A DNA stretch of 64,000 bases, taken from positions 3,132,741 to 3,196,740 of the forward strand of contig OZ037768.1 in the NCBI GenBank assembly GCA_964035545.1. Reading direction: 5' to 3'. The notes under the pieces are model-generated. The model saw nothing but the letters and a program-made list of their open reading frames with translations. It was not told the DNA's origin and did no database searches. Source of the stretch: Bugula neritina (taxonomy: Eukaryota > Animalia > Bryozoa). A program made the position numbers and the translations under genes. Positions 62,800 to 64,000 of the stretch are shown piece after piece (the first letter of the stretch is position 1; every line of letters starts with the position of its first letter).

Positions 62800-63320
62800 T
62801 TAACATGATCAATGATTATCATTATAATGATTAATAACTATAACTATAAGTATAAGATTAAGTATAAGATTTAGATTAAGTTTAATGATTAAGTTTAAGT
62901 TTAATTAAGTAGAAATTGCAATGATAATCATTATCATGAAGATTATTAATGAGATTATTACCAATATTATTATTTTTTAGATTATCATTATCATTATGAT
63001 TATCATTATCATAGACTTAGATTTTATAGTAAGTTAGTAGTAAGACTGACTAAGAGTCTTACACTTACAGTTATTCTAATTCTTAACACCAACACTAACA
63101 CTAACAGTAAGTCTAAGTCTTACCACCATCAGTATAGTAATAATACATCAATTGTGATTATCATTATGATTATTAATGTCATTATATGATTATGACTTCT
63201 AGTTATAGCTATACCTTATAAGATGAATATTAAGTTAGTTATACTTATAGTAATAGTATTACTATTAGTATTAGTGTATTACTTTTGCTATTAGTATAAC
63301 TGTTAGTCTAAATTTCTATA
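62800..63320. repeat. Degenerate hexamer-periodic low-complexity tract (ATTATC/TAAGTA/TAACAC)
   Basis: Direct reading. Confidence 0.7.
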
Positions 63321-64000
63321 GTCAAGCTATCAGGTTTGTTGCTAACCTGAATCTCAAGGCTCATAAGATAAAGATAAAGAAGGTCAGGTATCAGTTAGGC
63401 ATGTACTGAGCTACTGCTTAAAACTTGCAAGCTAAGAAAATACCACCATTTAACTTTTGCTGATGAATATACTCTCGAATTTCATGAATTCAACTACTTA
63501 TGTTGAATGTTCAATAAAATTTAAATTGGTTAATTAACATTCAATCTGCTAGGAAAGGAGAACCACATACATGCAAATATAAATGAGAAATATTCACAAC
63601 ACAAGTATACCCATACTCAGTGAAAGTCTATGACATTGGAAAGTTATCAATAGTCATTAAGTTTTTACTTATTGAGTTATACAATTGCCAAACAAAAATT
63701 TCAGGGTTGTTAAATCTTGTAAATAAATTATTTCAAATATTATTTTTCCTGCAGCCTAAAAAAGGACTACTAAGACCTGTTACAATTTTGTCGAAACATC
63801 TATTACCAACATGCTACATGTGCAATAACTGATCCAATTTTAAATTTTATTTTATAACTATGTGCTGCTGACAAGTAAAATTTTTACTGCCCTCGGCTTC
63901 ATTGAATTACGTGAATATGTCATACTTTTAACGTTTGACCTTAAAACTGTGTATGTGTGAAAAATTGCAAGGATTTGGCCAGTCAGCTTCCACTATCACC

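Noticed and set aside
63620-63832. Possible exon of a divergent plus-strand gene
   Set aside because: There is an acceptor-like site at ~63754, but no recognisable protein or supporting exons within the window.

Overview
Eukaryotic, AT-rich, intron-dense invertebrate metazoan DNA; the species cannot be fixed from sequence alone. I assembled four spliced protein-coding genes by hand. (1) A BIG1/BIG2-type Sec7 ARF-GEF (ARFGEF1/2, + strand), with 36 exons in the window, its 5' end upstream of the window and its stop at 25599. (2) A divergent NET-family zinc-finger repressor (NocA/Elbow, ZNF503/703-like; - strand, 2 exons, ~404 aa). (3) An uncharacterised HAD-like protein (+ strand, ~390 aa). (4) The H2B E3 ligase BRE1 (RNF20/40; - strand, 19 coding exons, ~949 aa). 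There are also two copies of a tRNA-derived SINE. The most striking unexplained pattern is that many short introns of the two housekeeping genes each carry a private minisatellite abutting a splice site. In several, the repeat unit is a copy of the exon/intron junction itself, giving arrays of up to 12 donors or ~19 acceptor-region copies. In contrast, the large introns near the NET gene lack such arrays, and those of BRE1 contain TALE (PBX/MEIS)-type motifs, suggesting a genomic regulatory block. Most ORFs in the supplied track are exon fragments or repeat artefacts.
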